Source: Tubulanus polymorphus (lineage: Eukaryota; Animalia; Nemertea). From it: a stretch of 64,000 nt of DNA. The DNA lies in assembly GCF_964204645.1 (NCBI RefSeq), contig NC_134030.1:15624110-15688109 (forward strand), read 5' to 3'. Both the position numbers and the translations under genes were made by a program. The notes under the pieces were generated by a model. That model was not told the DNA's origin. It did not search any database and saw nothing but the letters and a program-made list of their open reading frames with translations. Below, piece by piece: positions 48,338 to 60,269 of the stretch (within the stretch, counting starts at the first letter, position 1; each line of letters begins with the position of its first letter).

Positions 48338-49776
48338 TTTTTTTCATATTCACTAACCCAAAAATAATAGCACTAACAATTGTAATTAAAAATAAAATGA
48401 TATGTTCAGCAGCAAAACTAAGAATATTTCCAGCGGATTTTTATACAAAACCAACAATTGATGCTATAACTCCGGGTAAAGCGGCAGCAGATTTTTTAGA
48501 TAGTTCCCATAAATATTTTGCTAATTTTTTTAAACCATCCTTAACTTGTATTGAATTATTATTTGGAGGTGGTTTATCCGGTTTATTGGGAGTAGGTGAA
48601 GATTTCAATGAATTTGATATTGCTAAACCTATTGTTGTAAATAACATAGTAACAGCTGTCAAATTGAAAGAATTGTTATTCCTTCTAACTTAAATAATAA
48701 TTTTATTCTATCTTTTAATGATATTTCAGAATTTGGTTTTATCAACAAATTTTTGAAAATAACTTTTAATCTATTAATATTATAATCATATGATTTTTTT
48801 AATAATTTAATTTCTTCTTTCTGAAATTCTATGTTATATTCTAAATCATCTTTTTCTTTTTCTAAATATGCATTTCTTTTTTTAAATTCAATTTCTTCAA
48901 TAACTTTATTATCTCTATCTAATTTTAGTTGTTCTATTTCTTTAATTTTATCAGTTCTGTCTTTTTCTAAAGTTCTAATTTTAAAATTTCTTATACTTTT
49001 ATCATGCGCAAATTTATCAGCTTCATTTCTTATACTAATAATTTCTCTAATTGCTTTATCAGAAAATATATTTAAATCTTCTAATTCTTGATTTGTTGCA
49101 TCAAGTAATCCATTTGGTAAAAGTTTTTCAATTGGAACTTTATTTGATTTAAGTTTACTAGTTTAGGAAGTTATATGTTCAGAAGTTGTTTCTGTTTCTA
49201 AATTATCATTGATATATCATAGTTTCAAATAATTTATCAATTCTTTGTTTAAATACTCTTTTATCTTGATTTACTTCGTCTTGTGTTACATTTTCTATTT
49301 CATTGCTATTACTTATTCTTTTAATTCTAGATGATTCTAAATTACTCAAAGTTGATTCTGCTGATATTTTATTTTGATTTTTATAAGTGATATTAATATA
49401 ATAATCATCTTTCAAATGATAATAATATTCACCATCTAAAGATTTTGATTCTGTTACTAAAAGTGCCTCTGGCATTTATATTATACCCACATCTTTCAAA
49501 TATAGGTTTAGAATTATAGATATATTCATTATATTCTAATCTTTGTTTTACTAAATCTGGATTTTCATTTTCAGGATTTATTCTCGATTTAGTTCTTCTA
49601 TCAAATTCATCTGTTGATGGGTCTTTAGAACCACTATCTGCTAAATTAGAATTATACGCTGATCCATCATCATTATCAATATTAGTTTCTGCATCATTAT
49701 AATCATCATCAATATACCCATCATTATTATTTCCCATTTCTCCCATTTCATAATCTTCTCCACCTTCTAAATTCAT
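48338..49776 (-). pseudogene. Coiled-coil/TM gene homolog, multiple frameshifts
   Basis: Fragments match 6596-8056. Confidence 0.85.
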
Positions 49777-49792
49777 TTATATAATAAAAAGA

Positions 49793-51117
49793 TTAAAATT
49801 TAAAATATAATATTCCTCCTATTACAATTCCTATACAAGTAATAGCTAATTTAGTATTTTCATGAGATTTATCATCATTATCAGTTTTAATTATGTCATG
49901 TTGAACGATATCAGTTTTTATATTTTCTGTAGTATTGTAATCTTTTATTTTAGAATCATTACTCAATTTAATATTCTTAGTTTTAGTTTCTGTTGATTGA
50001 ATATGTTTTTTAATGTTTTCACCTTCCATTAATTTTGGAGCAGTAATAATCTTTTTATTTATATCATTCAATCCAAATGAATTATTTATTGTTGCAGTCT
50101 TAATTAAATTATTATAACCAATTATATTTCCCATCTTTAATACTAAATCATTAGAAATGATTAATAGATTAGGGCCTATACAATAATTTAATCTAATATG
50201 TGATTTATCTAAATAATTTTGGTACCTAACTATGTTTTCTGGAATCGATCTATTTTTATCATTATGAATGGAATCTTCAAATAAAACTTTTAAATTGTTT
50301 CTGCGCATCAAATGAAGTAATATCATTTCCAACTATTGGTGATCTTCTTTCAACTTACGCACCTAAAATACATATCAAATAAGTTCTAATAGATTGATTA
50401 ATTCTTTGTATACCCGATTTTGTAAAACCTTCACTATTTTCTAAAATAAAATTAATCCAACCATTACTATTATCAATTTTATAATAATGATTAGCTCCAA
50501 TTCTATGCATATAATCAATTCTTTTTATTTCATACTGTTCACCAATACCTTTCAATTTACTCTACATTGCTTCAATTACTTTACAATGCGCTCTAAAATC
50601 GGAATTATTACTTATATAAAATTCATTACATATTTTATAAAACTTAGATACATTGATATTATTGTCCAATTCTTTAAAATATTTAGATCCGGGCAAAGGA
50701 CATTCTAATTCATTTAATATTATTCTGATTTGAAAATACGTGTGAAATCTAAATATTGTGTGAATTAATTTTAAATCAGAATACTTCAAATTTTTATCTA
50801 AGTTATTTAAATGATTATTCCAACTTATACCACAGCCAGTTGTTGCACAATAAACAGCAAAATTTAATTGATTCTGTCAATATTTCATATTAGATTTTAC
50901 TTTATATATATGATATTCATCTCGAGTAAAAGTAACTTCATATGTATTAAATATATTTTCCAATTTAGAAATAAAAAACTGTGTTTCAGTAACATAAATT
51001 TCTAAATAAGTTAATGAATTTAAAACTAAATTTTCATATGTAATATTTTCATTAAAATCTATTGCAGGAATATTATATTTAATTGATTTATTATTGGAAA
51101 GCTTTTGGAAACCCCAT
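49793..51117 (-). pseudogene. 442-aa protein homolog, frameshifted
   Basis: Fragments match 5251-6579. Confidence 0.85.
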
Positions 51118-51133
51118 TTATATAATTAAAAAA

Positions 51134-51568
51134 TTAATAATTTATTAATTCTTTTAATAATTTATCCTGTTCTCCAACTGTTATATGACCATTTAAACTT
51201 ATTATATAATCTAGTGTATTTTTTAATTTATTAATTTCTTTTATATTAGTTTTAATTTTTTCTTTATTACTTTTTATATTTAATTTTGAACTTATACCTG
51301 TTAAAACACTTGATGATAATCCTAACACACCAATTGAGATAGCTAAAGGTGTTAATGGACTGAATATTGCTAAAAATGTTATTACAGAACTAACTGTAAC
51401 TGAACCACTAATAATAAAATAATACATAATTTCAGATTTTAAATATTTTTTCTTTTTTATCTTTAAGTCACTTTCAAATTCTAATATTTGTTTTTCTAAA
51501 TATGTTTTTAATTTAGTTTTATTTATATCATGAGGAATAATATCAATGTTATCAACTTTATCATCCAT
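51134..51568 (-). CDS. Two-TM protein homolog
   Basis: Matches 4800-5234. Confidence 0.85.
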   Translation of the reverse strand: MDDKVDNIDIIPHDINKTKLKTYLEKQILEFESDLKIKKKKYLKSEIMYYFIISGSVTVSSVITFLAIFSPLTPLAISIGVLGLSSSVLTGISSKLNIKSNKEKIKTNIKEINKLKNTLDYIISLNGHITVGEQDKLLKELINY

Positions 51569-51587
51569 TTATTTAGAAAAAAAATTA

Positions 51588-52010
51588 CTAATTAGTAAAT
51601 CTATACGCTACAAATATAACAAAAACTGTTCCACCTCAAATCCAAATTATTTCATATTTCTGTTGTTCTTTACTTGGGGTATAATAATCTGATAATTTAG
51701 GTTTGTATAGATGTAATTTTTCTTTATTGGTTACCGCGTTATATAAACTCATTGCATCATCAACTGATTGAAAATCTCTATGAGAAATTTTCTGATCATA
51801 TAATTCTTTATTGATGTAATCCATATAATTTTGTCTTTTTTCTCTATATTCTTCTGCTGCTTTATTGTATTTCTCTAATGCTAAGTTATGTCTTTTTTGT
51901 TCTGATAGTGATCCATTTTTATCAACATGCTTAAATAAATAACCACCACCAGTAAATGCTAAAGCGTTCACTATTGCTGACCCTATTATAGTTATACTTG
52001 CAGAAGCCAT
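51588..52010 (-). pseudogene. 140-aa membrane protein homolog, premature stop at 51636
   Basis: Matches 4358-4780. Confidence 0.85.
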
Positions 52011-52034
52011 TTATTTAACAAAAAAATTACGCAT

Positions 52035-52259
52035 TTATATAGAAGGAATATATTTTTGTTTTTCTAAATAATCAATAGTTAAATTAGATAAAGCAACTGC
52101 AAGCGTTTTAAATTTTTAAATATCATTTATATCAAATCTATCAACATTAACACTTCCCATTTTAAATACTTTTTTTAATACCATTGAATAACCAACAGTT
52201 CCCACTGATAATAATGCTCCATTATATAAACCAGTTATTATCCACTTCTGATCCACCAT
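52035..52259 (-). pseudogene. 70-aa membrane protein homolog with in-frame stop
   Basis: MVDQKWIITGLYNGALLSVG... Confidence 0.8.
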
Positions 52260-52601
52260 TTATTTAGAAAAAAAATTACTATCTTCAAAATATTCAGTTA
52301 TCTTATTTATGATTATTTCAACATTTATTTCATTACTACTTTTATGATTATCATATATTTTAGATAATATATTTTTAATATCATCGATAATTCCATCTTC
52401 ATTAAATTCATGATATTCTAAAAGTGTTTTGATTAAATCAATTACTTTTTCTATATTATAATTTTCTTTATTAATCATTGATGCATTATTAAATGATTTA
52501 CTTTTAATATCAGTAATTACATCATTTAGTTGAATTCTAATTTCTTTACCATATTTAAAATCAAACCCGAAACATATACTCGGTCCTACTGTTATATTCA
52601 T
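52260..52601 (-). CDS. Hypothetical protein homolog (113 aa)
   Basis: Matches 3773-4120. Confidence 0.8.
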   Translation of the reverse strand: MNITVGPSICFGFDFKYGKEIRIQLNDVITDIKSKSFNNASMINKENYNIEKVIDLIKTLLEYHEFNEDGIIDDIKNILSKIYDNHKSSNEINVEIIINKITEYFEDSNFFSK

Positions 52602-52617
52602 TTATATAGTGAAAAAA

Positions 52618-53250
52618 TTATTCTTTACATCTTATAACTAATTCATAAGTTACAGGGAAATTATTTAAATCAATTAAGTATCCATTATGATTTCTAATTT
52701 CTAATCTAAAATTATTAAATTTAGGAATGCATGGTTTGAAATCACACTCAGCTAAATTATAATTTATTTGCGCTCCAAATTCTTTAACATTCTTTAACAT
52801 ATTTGTAAAAGATCTATCTGGAGGAATTCCTAACAGTTTAGCTATAGGTTTTTTTACCATAAATTTATGATTTTCAATATCAGCCAACCTTACCTTTATT
52901 TTGTTAGAACTCTCACTTTTTAAAAATTTAATATTAAACCCGGAATTATTACCTGACTTGTGCCAGGCTTTTCTATTAATTTCTTGTGCCAATGTATCTA
53001 AAATATATAACCCTGGTTTTAAATATATATAGGCCCATTCATTTTTATTTTTATTAAAAATTAAAAAGGCTCTATGTTCAACAGTTTTATTCGATATATT
53101 GTAAAATGAGTTACATAAACTAATATTTACTAATTTTTAATCTACACAATTATTAAATTCTCTATCTAATTGTACTAATAAATTATGTGATTTATAATTT
53201 TTAAGTCTTCTAGAATCAACAAATATTCTACATTCTTTAAATCAACCCAT
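52618..53250 (-). pseudogene. Penton homolog with internal deletion/frameshifts
   Basis: Matches 3011-3755. Confidence 0.78.
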
Positions 53251-53318
53251 TATTTATAGAACAAAAATATTACCTCTCATCACTAAAAATTAATTTTAAT
53301 AAAATTTTTCCTTAATAA

Positions 53319-54564
53319 ATGGATGAGAAGATACCATGTGAAATTTGTGGTGAACTTCTAAGAAAAAGTAATATGGCTCGACATATGAAAAAAAACATGA
53401 TAAAAATTATAAGCCCCCTAAACTAAACTGCCCAAATTGTAATAAATTATTCTCAAGAAATCATGTTAAAAAACATTTAGAGAAGTGTAAAATTAATGAC
53501 GCAACGGTTAATGTTGATAGTAATGAAAGTAATAGTAATTCTGTTGAAGTTGAATCTGAAATTATTTGGAAAAGACCTTTCTTATTCTATGATAAGGGTA
53601 ATATAAAAGATTATTTCTGTGAGCCTTGTCGAATAAAATATAGCCCTGGAAATATAGAAGATTGGGAGAATCTTCAATTTCGTAAAGTACATATAGATAA
53701 AATTTCTAATAAATTTGAAACTGAATTCAATGAAAGAAAAAATAATATATTAGAAAAAATGAAATATGAGAAAACGTTACCAGATAATGAAGAAACACTT
53801 AAAAGTTGGAAAAACAATATAATGAATTAGTACGAAAAACATATTATTGTAAATATTGTAAATTGATTATTACACCCAGTAATTTAAATCTACATAATAG
53901 AACAATAAAACATAAAGAAAACGTAAGTAAATACCAAGAACTTAATGAAGATCTATTACCAAGATATGATAGAAAAACAATGTATTTATGGGCACTTAAG
54001 CCAAGAAGGTCCTGTGTTATTTTTTAATGAATGTGGATGGCAAAAAAAATTTATGGGGTGATGAAAAAACTAGAGATATTCCTTTAGAACCAAAATTAAA
54101 ATATCTAGATGAAATTTTTAAGATATTTTCTATGGAAGATCATACACCAGAATATTAGCAATGGCTTGAAAAAATGAAAATGATAGAAAATAAAAATGGT
54201 GAAATAACTAAAAAAGATATAATAAAAACAATTATTCCGTCAACATTTAACACACGAGAAAAGAAAATGTATTTATATCTATTATTTAACGATTACTATA
54301 AAAAAAAAACCTAAATTAACAGAAGAAGATATGGAAAATATAAAAGAAACATTCAAAAAAATATTAAGATATTATGTGGATAATAGAATAACAGATTCAA
54401 TTAATTATGAATTCTTTTTAAATAAGATTGTAAATCTTTTAAACATCGATATTATAATTCCATTTGATGAATTAACAAACAAAAAGAAACAAAGAGAGCG
54501 AGATGAAATAAAGTACAATATAGAACTTTATTTAAACGAAAAAAAATTAAATGGAAGAACCTAA
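53319..54564 (+). pseudogene. Multi-C2H2 zinc-finger gene, frameshifted, opposite orientation to neighbours
   Basis: CEIC..RHMKKKH, CPNC..KHLEKC, CEPC, CKYC..HNRTIKH; TAAATG start. Confidence 0.7.
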
Positions 54565-54627
54565 ACAATTAAATAAAAATGAAGAAACCAGTAGTGATTT
54601 CGAGTATGATGATCTTGATTTTATGTT

Positions 54628-57600
54628 TTAATAACCATAAGGTAATGTTTTTATTCCATCACCTAAAATATATCTTTTATCATCGAATGGATTTAAACTA
54701 GTTTTTTCAACTTCATTAATGTACATCTCGTAATCTTCTGATCTTAAACAATTCATTTTATGTTTCATTACAAATGAGTTATATAAACACTTTATATAAT
54801 CTTGAAATTCTATATGTTTATCAATCACATGTTTTGTTATTCCTTTTAACTTTTTAGCTTCATGATCTTTTGTTCTATAACTATACATTTTACTTCTTAT
54901 CCCAACAAATTCAATCATTTCATCACCCCCTAATTCATCTTTAAACTTACCAGGAATCTTTTTATTATCATTGCTAAATAGTTCATGATCTTTGGGATAA
55001 TTGCTGAAATCAAAATGATCTTTTAATGTTTTTAATGTCTTTTGTTATGTCATTTGTCTTGATTTTTAGTATGTAGGCGTCAGTATTGACCGCTATTAAT
55101 GGTAATCCACAGTTAAATGTTCCATCTTCAGTTTATAAATCATAAACATAATCTGATGGATTATATATTTCAAATAAATCTCTAACTTCTTCAGTTAAAT
55201 CTTTTTCTGTATGCCTTAAATTAAAATTAATTCCACCTCTAATTGATTTTTCAAATAATAAAGCCATGTCTGGTTCTTTTAATAAATCTAATTCTACGTT
55301 TGTATATTTTAAACCACATTGCCAAGTTAAACCAGGACTTGAATAACAATAACAAGGATCAACATTAAAATGATTCAAATTAACTTCTCTAAATTTATCA
55401 GCCAATATCATAACATCTGATTTTAAACATAATTCTACTAATTTACCATGATTTTTTATCTTAAAGTGATTCCAAATATTTAATGTTCTATTAAACACTT
55501 CATCTTTCACATACTCCTCTTTTAATTGATCATAAAATTGTTCTTTTGATAATTCTGTTACATTAAAATCATCATGCGTTTTATAAAATGAATAAGGAAT
55601 TGCGCCTTTATATCTCAATAATTCAAAATCTTGTTCATTTGGATAATAATGTTGAGTTATTATAAAATCATTATCAACTAAACCTTTTGCTAAATTATCT
55701 AATGAACTTGCTAGAAATCTATAAGAATCCAAAAATCAAATGCAAACAAAATGAAATGAAATATAATTTTCAGATGTCTTAGCTAATAGTTTAAAATCAT
55801 ATTTTCTTACATTTGCGCCATTCATAGCATTATATTCTTCTATATCTTGATTAATTGCGCCCAATTTTCCCGATAATTGTTTTATAAATAGATGGGTATC
55901 ATAGCCTGATAAATTATGAAATAATATTGGTACGAAATTAACTTTCTTAGCTTGTAAATTACAATCTTCATGAGCAGCTCCGCGGTATTTTGAATTTAAA
56001 TGATCATGATCTCTAACTTTTTTATCAAATGAATAAAAACGTTTTTCACAATAACAACAATGAGTTGCATGATTAACATCAATTTCATCTTCTTTTGTCA
56101 CAACTATTCCTTTATTTTTGTTTAATAATTCTGCAAAATCACTTTCTAATTGAATTATTTTATTACAAAAATCATTAACTACATTTTCACCTCTAAAAGA
56201 AATATATTGACTTTCATATAATTCGGGATAATTTGATTTTATGTAAATTCCATAAGCAGCAGCTCTTTGATGAACTTTTTAAATTGTGTTTATGATTGGT
56301 GGGTCTTGATTTATGTCTTCATTTAATTCATTTCCTTTATCCATTGATTTTAAAAATTGCTTTTTGTTATATATTTCTTTTCTATCTTGATCAGTTAATT
56401 CTTAATTCAACGATTCAAAATCCCCATAAATTACAAATGGAACAATATTCTTAAATTTATGATTAGTAAATTTCAACTTACAATCTTTTTTTGTTGGCAT
56501 TATTAATTTACAAAAATCTTTATTATCACATAATTCTTTATGTTTTAATAATGTATTCTCAGTCATAAATTTAGAAAAACATTTTCTACATAGATAAATT
56601 TTACGATGATGATCACTTTCTGTTCTAAAGAATAAATCAATTTGTTTTAACCACATATAATGTTCATTTTCATCTTTTTTGTAATATAACAAATCTATAG
56701 CATTTTCATCATCATAATATTCTGTTAAATATAAAGCTTCTAATGTATAATCTTTAATATTTTCACCTTTTGTCTTTGGTAATTGCATTAATTCAAATAC
56801 ATTTATTTTTAAATTATTAACTTGTTCTATTTTAGGAATCATCTTTATAGTTACTGGATATTGATCAATTTCATATAATGTTTCATATTTCCGGTAATTT
56901 GTTATTCTAAATCTATGCGTAATATCTTCTGTTGGGTGTAAGCAACTAATAATTGACCATAGAAAACATGTATTATCTTCATTTTGAACATTTATTACTG
57001 CTTTTGTTCTAAATGGTTATTTTATATAACTTGATGCTTTAATATCCTTTTCTGTAGTAAAGTTTGAATCATTTTTAAACATTGTTTTACTTTTTGATGT
57101 TTTATTCATTTTTGTATTATAAACATTTAAATCTAAAAATATAATTTCATTCAATCTTAAACCAGAACCCTCAAAATATCTTTCTTCAATATGACGTTTA
57201 AATTCATTAAATATTTTTTCTAACTTCTCTTTTATTTGTGTTTTTGAAATTATTTCTTCAGAGAGTGTTTGAATATTATAATCCATTTTCTCTTCTGACT
57301 TACTTTTCCAGAGATGCTAATTTTTGGATATTCAACATCTGTTATCAAATCTAATATTTTCCCATTATTTCATTAAATTTACTATAATCTTCTATTTTTG
57401 TACCTTTAAAAAATCTAAATTATAATGGCTGCAGGACCAATTTTACTATGTAATGTTTCTAAAATTTTAATTGTATCTTATTTCTAGTGAATCGATATAA
57501 TTTCTAACATTTTCCATGTAATGTTTATTTGAAATGGATTTAGTTTTTGAAGTTGGTTTTTTTACTTGTTGAGGTTTATCATCGAAATAATCTATTCCTA

Positions 57601-57901
57601 AAACATTATTACTCAAATTATGATGGTGTCTTTGTGATTCGAGATGTCTTTTATAATTCCGTTTTACTATAAATTCATTACAAACTTCACATTTTATTTC
57701 GTCTTTTTTCATATCATCTAATCGTTCTTTTCTTTCACTTGAATTTTCTGGAGTTTCAAAATCTATAACATTTTTTATATGATTTGCAGTTTTTTCATGA
57801 CGTGCTTTATGAGATTTATCAATGTATTTTTTACAATATGTACAATAATATTGATTTTCATTAACATCAATTTGTTCTGTGTGTTGTTCACTCTCTCCCA
57901 T
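54628..57901 (-). pseudogene. polB: pPolB of element D: N-terminal zinc fingers, OTU-like protease motif, exonuclease with EndoVII; palm largely deleted; intein remnant
   Basis: NEDNTCFLWS...HYMW; YGDFES; RDHDH; FHNLSGYD; TDAYIL; KMY. Confidence 0.9.
55085..55229 (-). other. C-terminal remnant of an intein at the pPolB D|TD site
   Basis: ..EEVRDLFEIYNPSDYVYDL*TEDGTFNCGLPLIAVN|TDAYILKIKT: block F/G, terminal Asn, +1 Thr; absent from A (YFDTDSYILKIKT). Confidence 0.8.
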
Positions 57902-59462
57902 TTATAAGAAAAAAAAATTACTTGTGGTGATGAGTGGGGATTACTTCCCCTTGTATATAACAAACACGCAATCAACCGTTCTCGTCCAAGCCTCGCTACA
58001 TCTATCTATCCGAGCATGGTTGCTTTCGCAATCACTGTACTACAGTATTAGCAAACGCGCTAATAACCGTTCTCGCTAGTGCCTAGCTGTGATGAGAGGT
58101 GTCTCGCCCTCTCGCCCTCTGGTATGAAAGCCACAATTTCCAATTACTGAGGCCACGTGTCATCTTAAATTGAAATCACCACATTTCAATTAAAGATGAC
58201 ACGTAACCTCATATCAAATGATATGAACGCAACATAGCCTATTTATTCATTTTCTTACGAGGATGGGTCTCCATATTCATAAGATAGGAGAATTGTGGGT
58301 TTGAATGATGAATACAACTGATAAAGCGCCAATTTCACTGATTCTTGCATATAAATGTTCAAAGGCGCTATAGAGTAATCGAGTAAACAGGTGTGTTTTT
58401 AGGAGTCTTTTGAATTTAAATTCAAATCGGGTGTTCATGACGACTATAATTGCGCATTCTAGGGCTGGAGCAAGAAACGTGTGGGATCGTCCGCCAACGT
58501 ATCGCCAAGGAGGTAATAAGGAGCCGCCAAGGAGGTAATAAGGAGCCAGTCCGTGGTGGCTATTGAAAGCGACGACCGCATATAAATGCATTGATTGAAT
58601 GACATCTCAAAAGTCAGAGTGTATAAAATTGAAAATGATATATGGATAGGTTATTCCATATATGCTGGTAAAAATGACCCAATATGTGATATAAATGTTC
58701 AATCAAAAAGTAGAAACTGAAACCATAATTCAGTATGGTATTGTTACAATATCAAACACTCAAATTCAATCCCTTGTTAAATTGGTAGCCAGTGCAGATG
58801 AGCAAGTATTTTGGTCCCTAATTTTAGTTATCGTAATAATTCAAGCCACGCGATTTTGAACTGTTCAACGAGTTTGTGTAAAGATGATGAGTTTGAAATG
58901 GAGTGGAATTCAGATAATACTGTTTGCATGTTATCACTCAATCTTTTTATCAATCATAGAAATTTTTGGTAAAATATTTGACTCTACGGTTGGTTTTACG
59001 CTCTCCACGCCAGAGGTAATCACGGATATCGGACTACAAAAAATTCCTTGTGTAAAGCTCAACTTTATAAATTCCTGGAAAAGCTCGCCTCGGATATTTA
59101 AATAATGATTAAACATTAATTTTCCCAACGAAAAACCTAAACAACCAATGTACACTTGCTTTAATTGACAATGCACTATCGTTGCATTTTCTAGCTATTT
59201 GTACTGTTTGTGATATGATTGTGTATATATACATCAATAAAAGTAGTTCCAAGTATGGCGGTCGTTCTTGTCATGTGTTTTTGTTATCTGACGCTCTGAC
59301 AGTCGAATATATTTCAAGTCCTGATATCGGAGGACATCATAACATGGTGGCAGCGGAAACAATAGACGCCAGAGATCATCCGGAACGCAGTAAGTCATCT
59401 TGCCGAGGCTTATGTAGATGTAGTTGGTTAAACTGTTAACTTCGAATATCGGATGTCATCGA
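57637..59462. repeat. Left arm of near-identical inverted duplication (partner 62175-64000, likely continues beyond window)
   Basis: Mirror ORFs; coordinates sum to 121637; only two substitutions noticed. Confidence 0.95.
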
Positions 59463-60110
59463 ATATATTTTCTTACATCTTCCATGTATGGTCTTCTATT
59501 GTTTAATTTATTTTTTATGCTTTTAATTGTCTTCTGTTTCTTATCATTATCTTTATCAAAATAATCTTCACCTAAAATATCATTATTCTTATTTCTAATA
59601 TGACTTTTAGATTTTAAATGTTCTTTATAATATCTTTTATCACTGAATGATTGATCACACGTATCACATTTGTATGTTTCTTTTTCATTCTTTAATTTCA
59701 TCTAATTTAGTTTCTAATATATCATCTTCATATTCTAATTTCAATTTATTCTCTAAATGTGTTTTAGTTTTATTGTGTCTTGCTTTTTGGGATTTATCTA
59801 TATTGATATTACATGTTGGACAGTAGTACTTATTTGCTTCCATTTTAATACTAAATTTTTTATTAAAATTGACTTTAGAAGTTCAATGATTTATATCATG
59901 TATTATTTCAATCACACTTTACTAACACTTTTAATGTTTAAAATCTAACTCACACAAATATGAATATTGAAATAATGTTGTAAATATATACTTTTATATT
60001 GAATAATCTATCAATTTAAATGTTATTCATTTACATGAATATTTTAAGAGTAATAAGGGTAATGGGCTTTCATATCAAAGGTTGAAGGGTCGAGTTCATT
60101 AAAAACAAAT
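59463..60110 (-). mobile_element. Polinton-like fragment E: pPolB 5' end (ATG 59843, two zinc fingers) and subterminal region
   Basis: MEANKYYCPTC..RHNKTKTH; CDTC..HLKSKSH; 59860-60090 matches 27670-27970. Confidence 0.75.
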
Positions 60111-60269
60111 ATTAAAAGTAATTTAAAACTATAATATATTTTCATAACCGTGTGTATTTCAGTTGAATATTATTATTATTTGAATATATTTGATTATATG
60201 AATTTGTGTATTGTAAATAAATCAATTGGTCGCGGAGCGGAGCGGTAGCGAAGTGGAAACATTTACTAG

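Larger units (their letters stand above)
48090..58148 (-). mobile_element. Polinton-like element D (left arm, inverted, heavily pseudogenised)
   Basis: Terminus AGTAATTGGAAATTGTGGCTTTCATACC at 58148 (minus), then pol, penton, membrane block and MCP 5' end colinear with A. Confidence 0.9.

Noticed and set aside
32622-58148. C and D as the two ends of a single insertion
   Set aside because: Orientation and end subtype fit, but termini are clearly diverged and flanks (TGTATA vs GAGGCC) give no TSD; left unresolved
57879-59439. Short ORFs duplicated at 62198-63862 as conserved genes
   Set aside because: Identity reflects the recent inverted duplication, not selection
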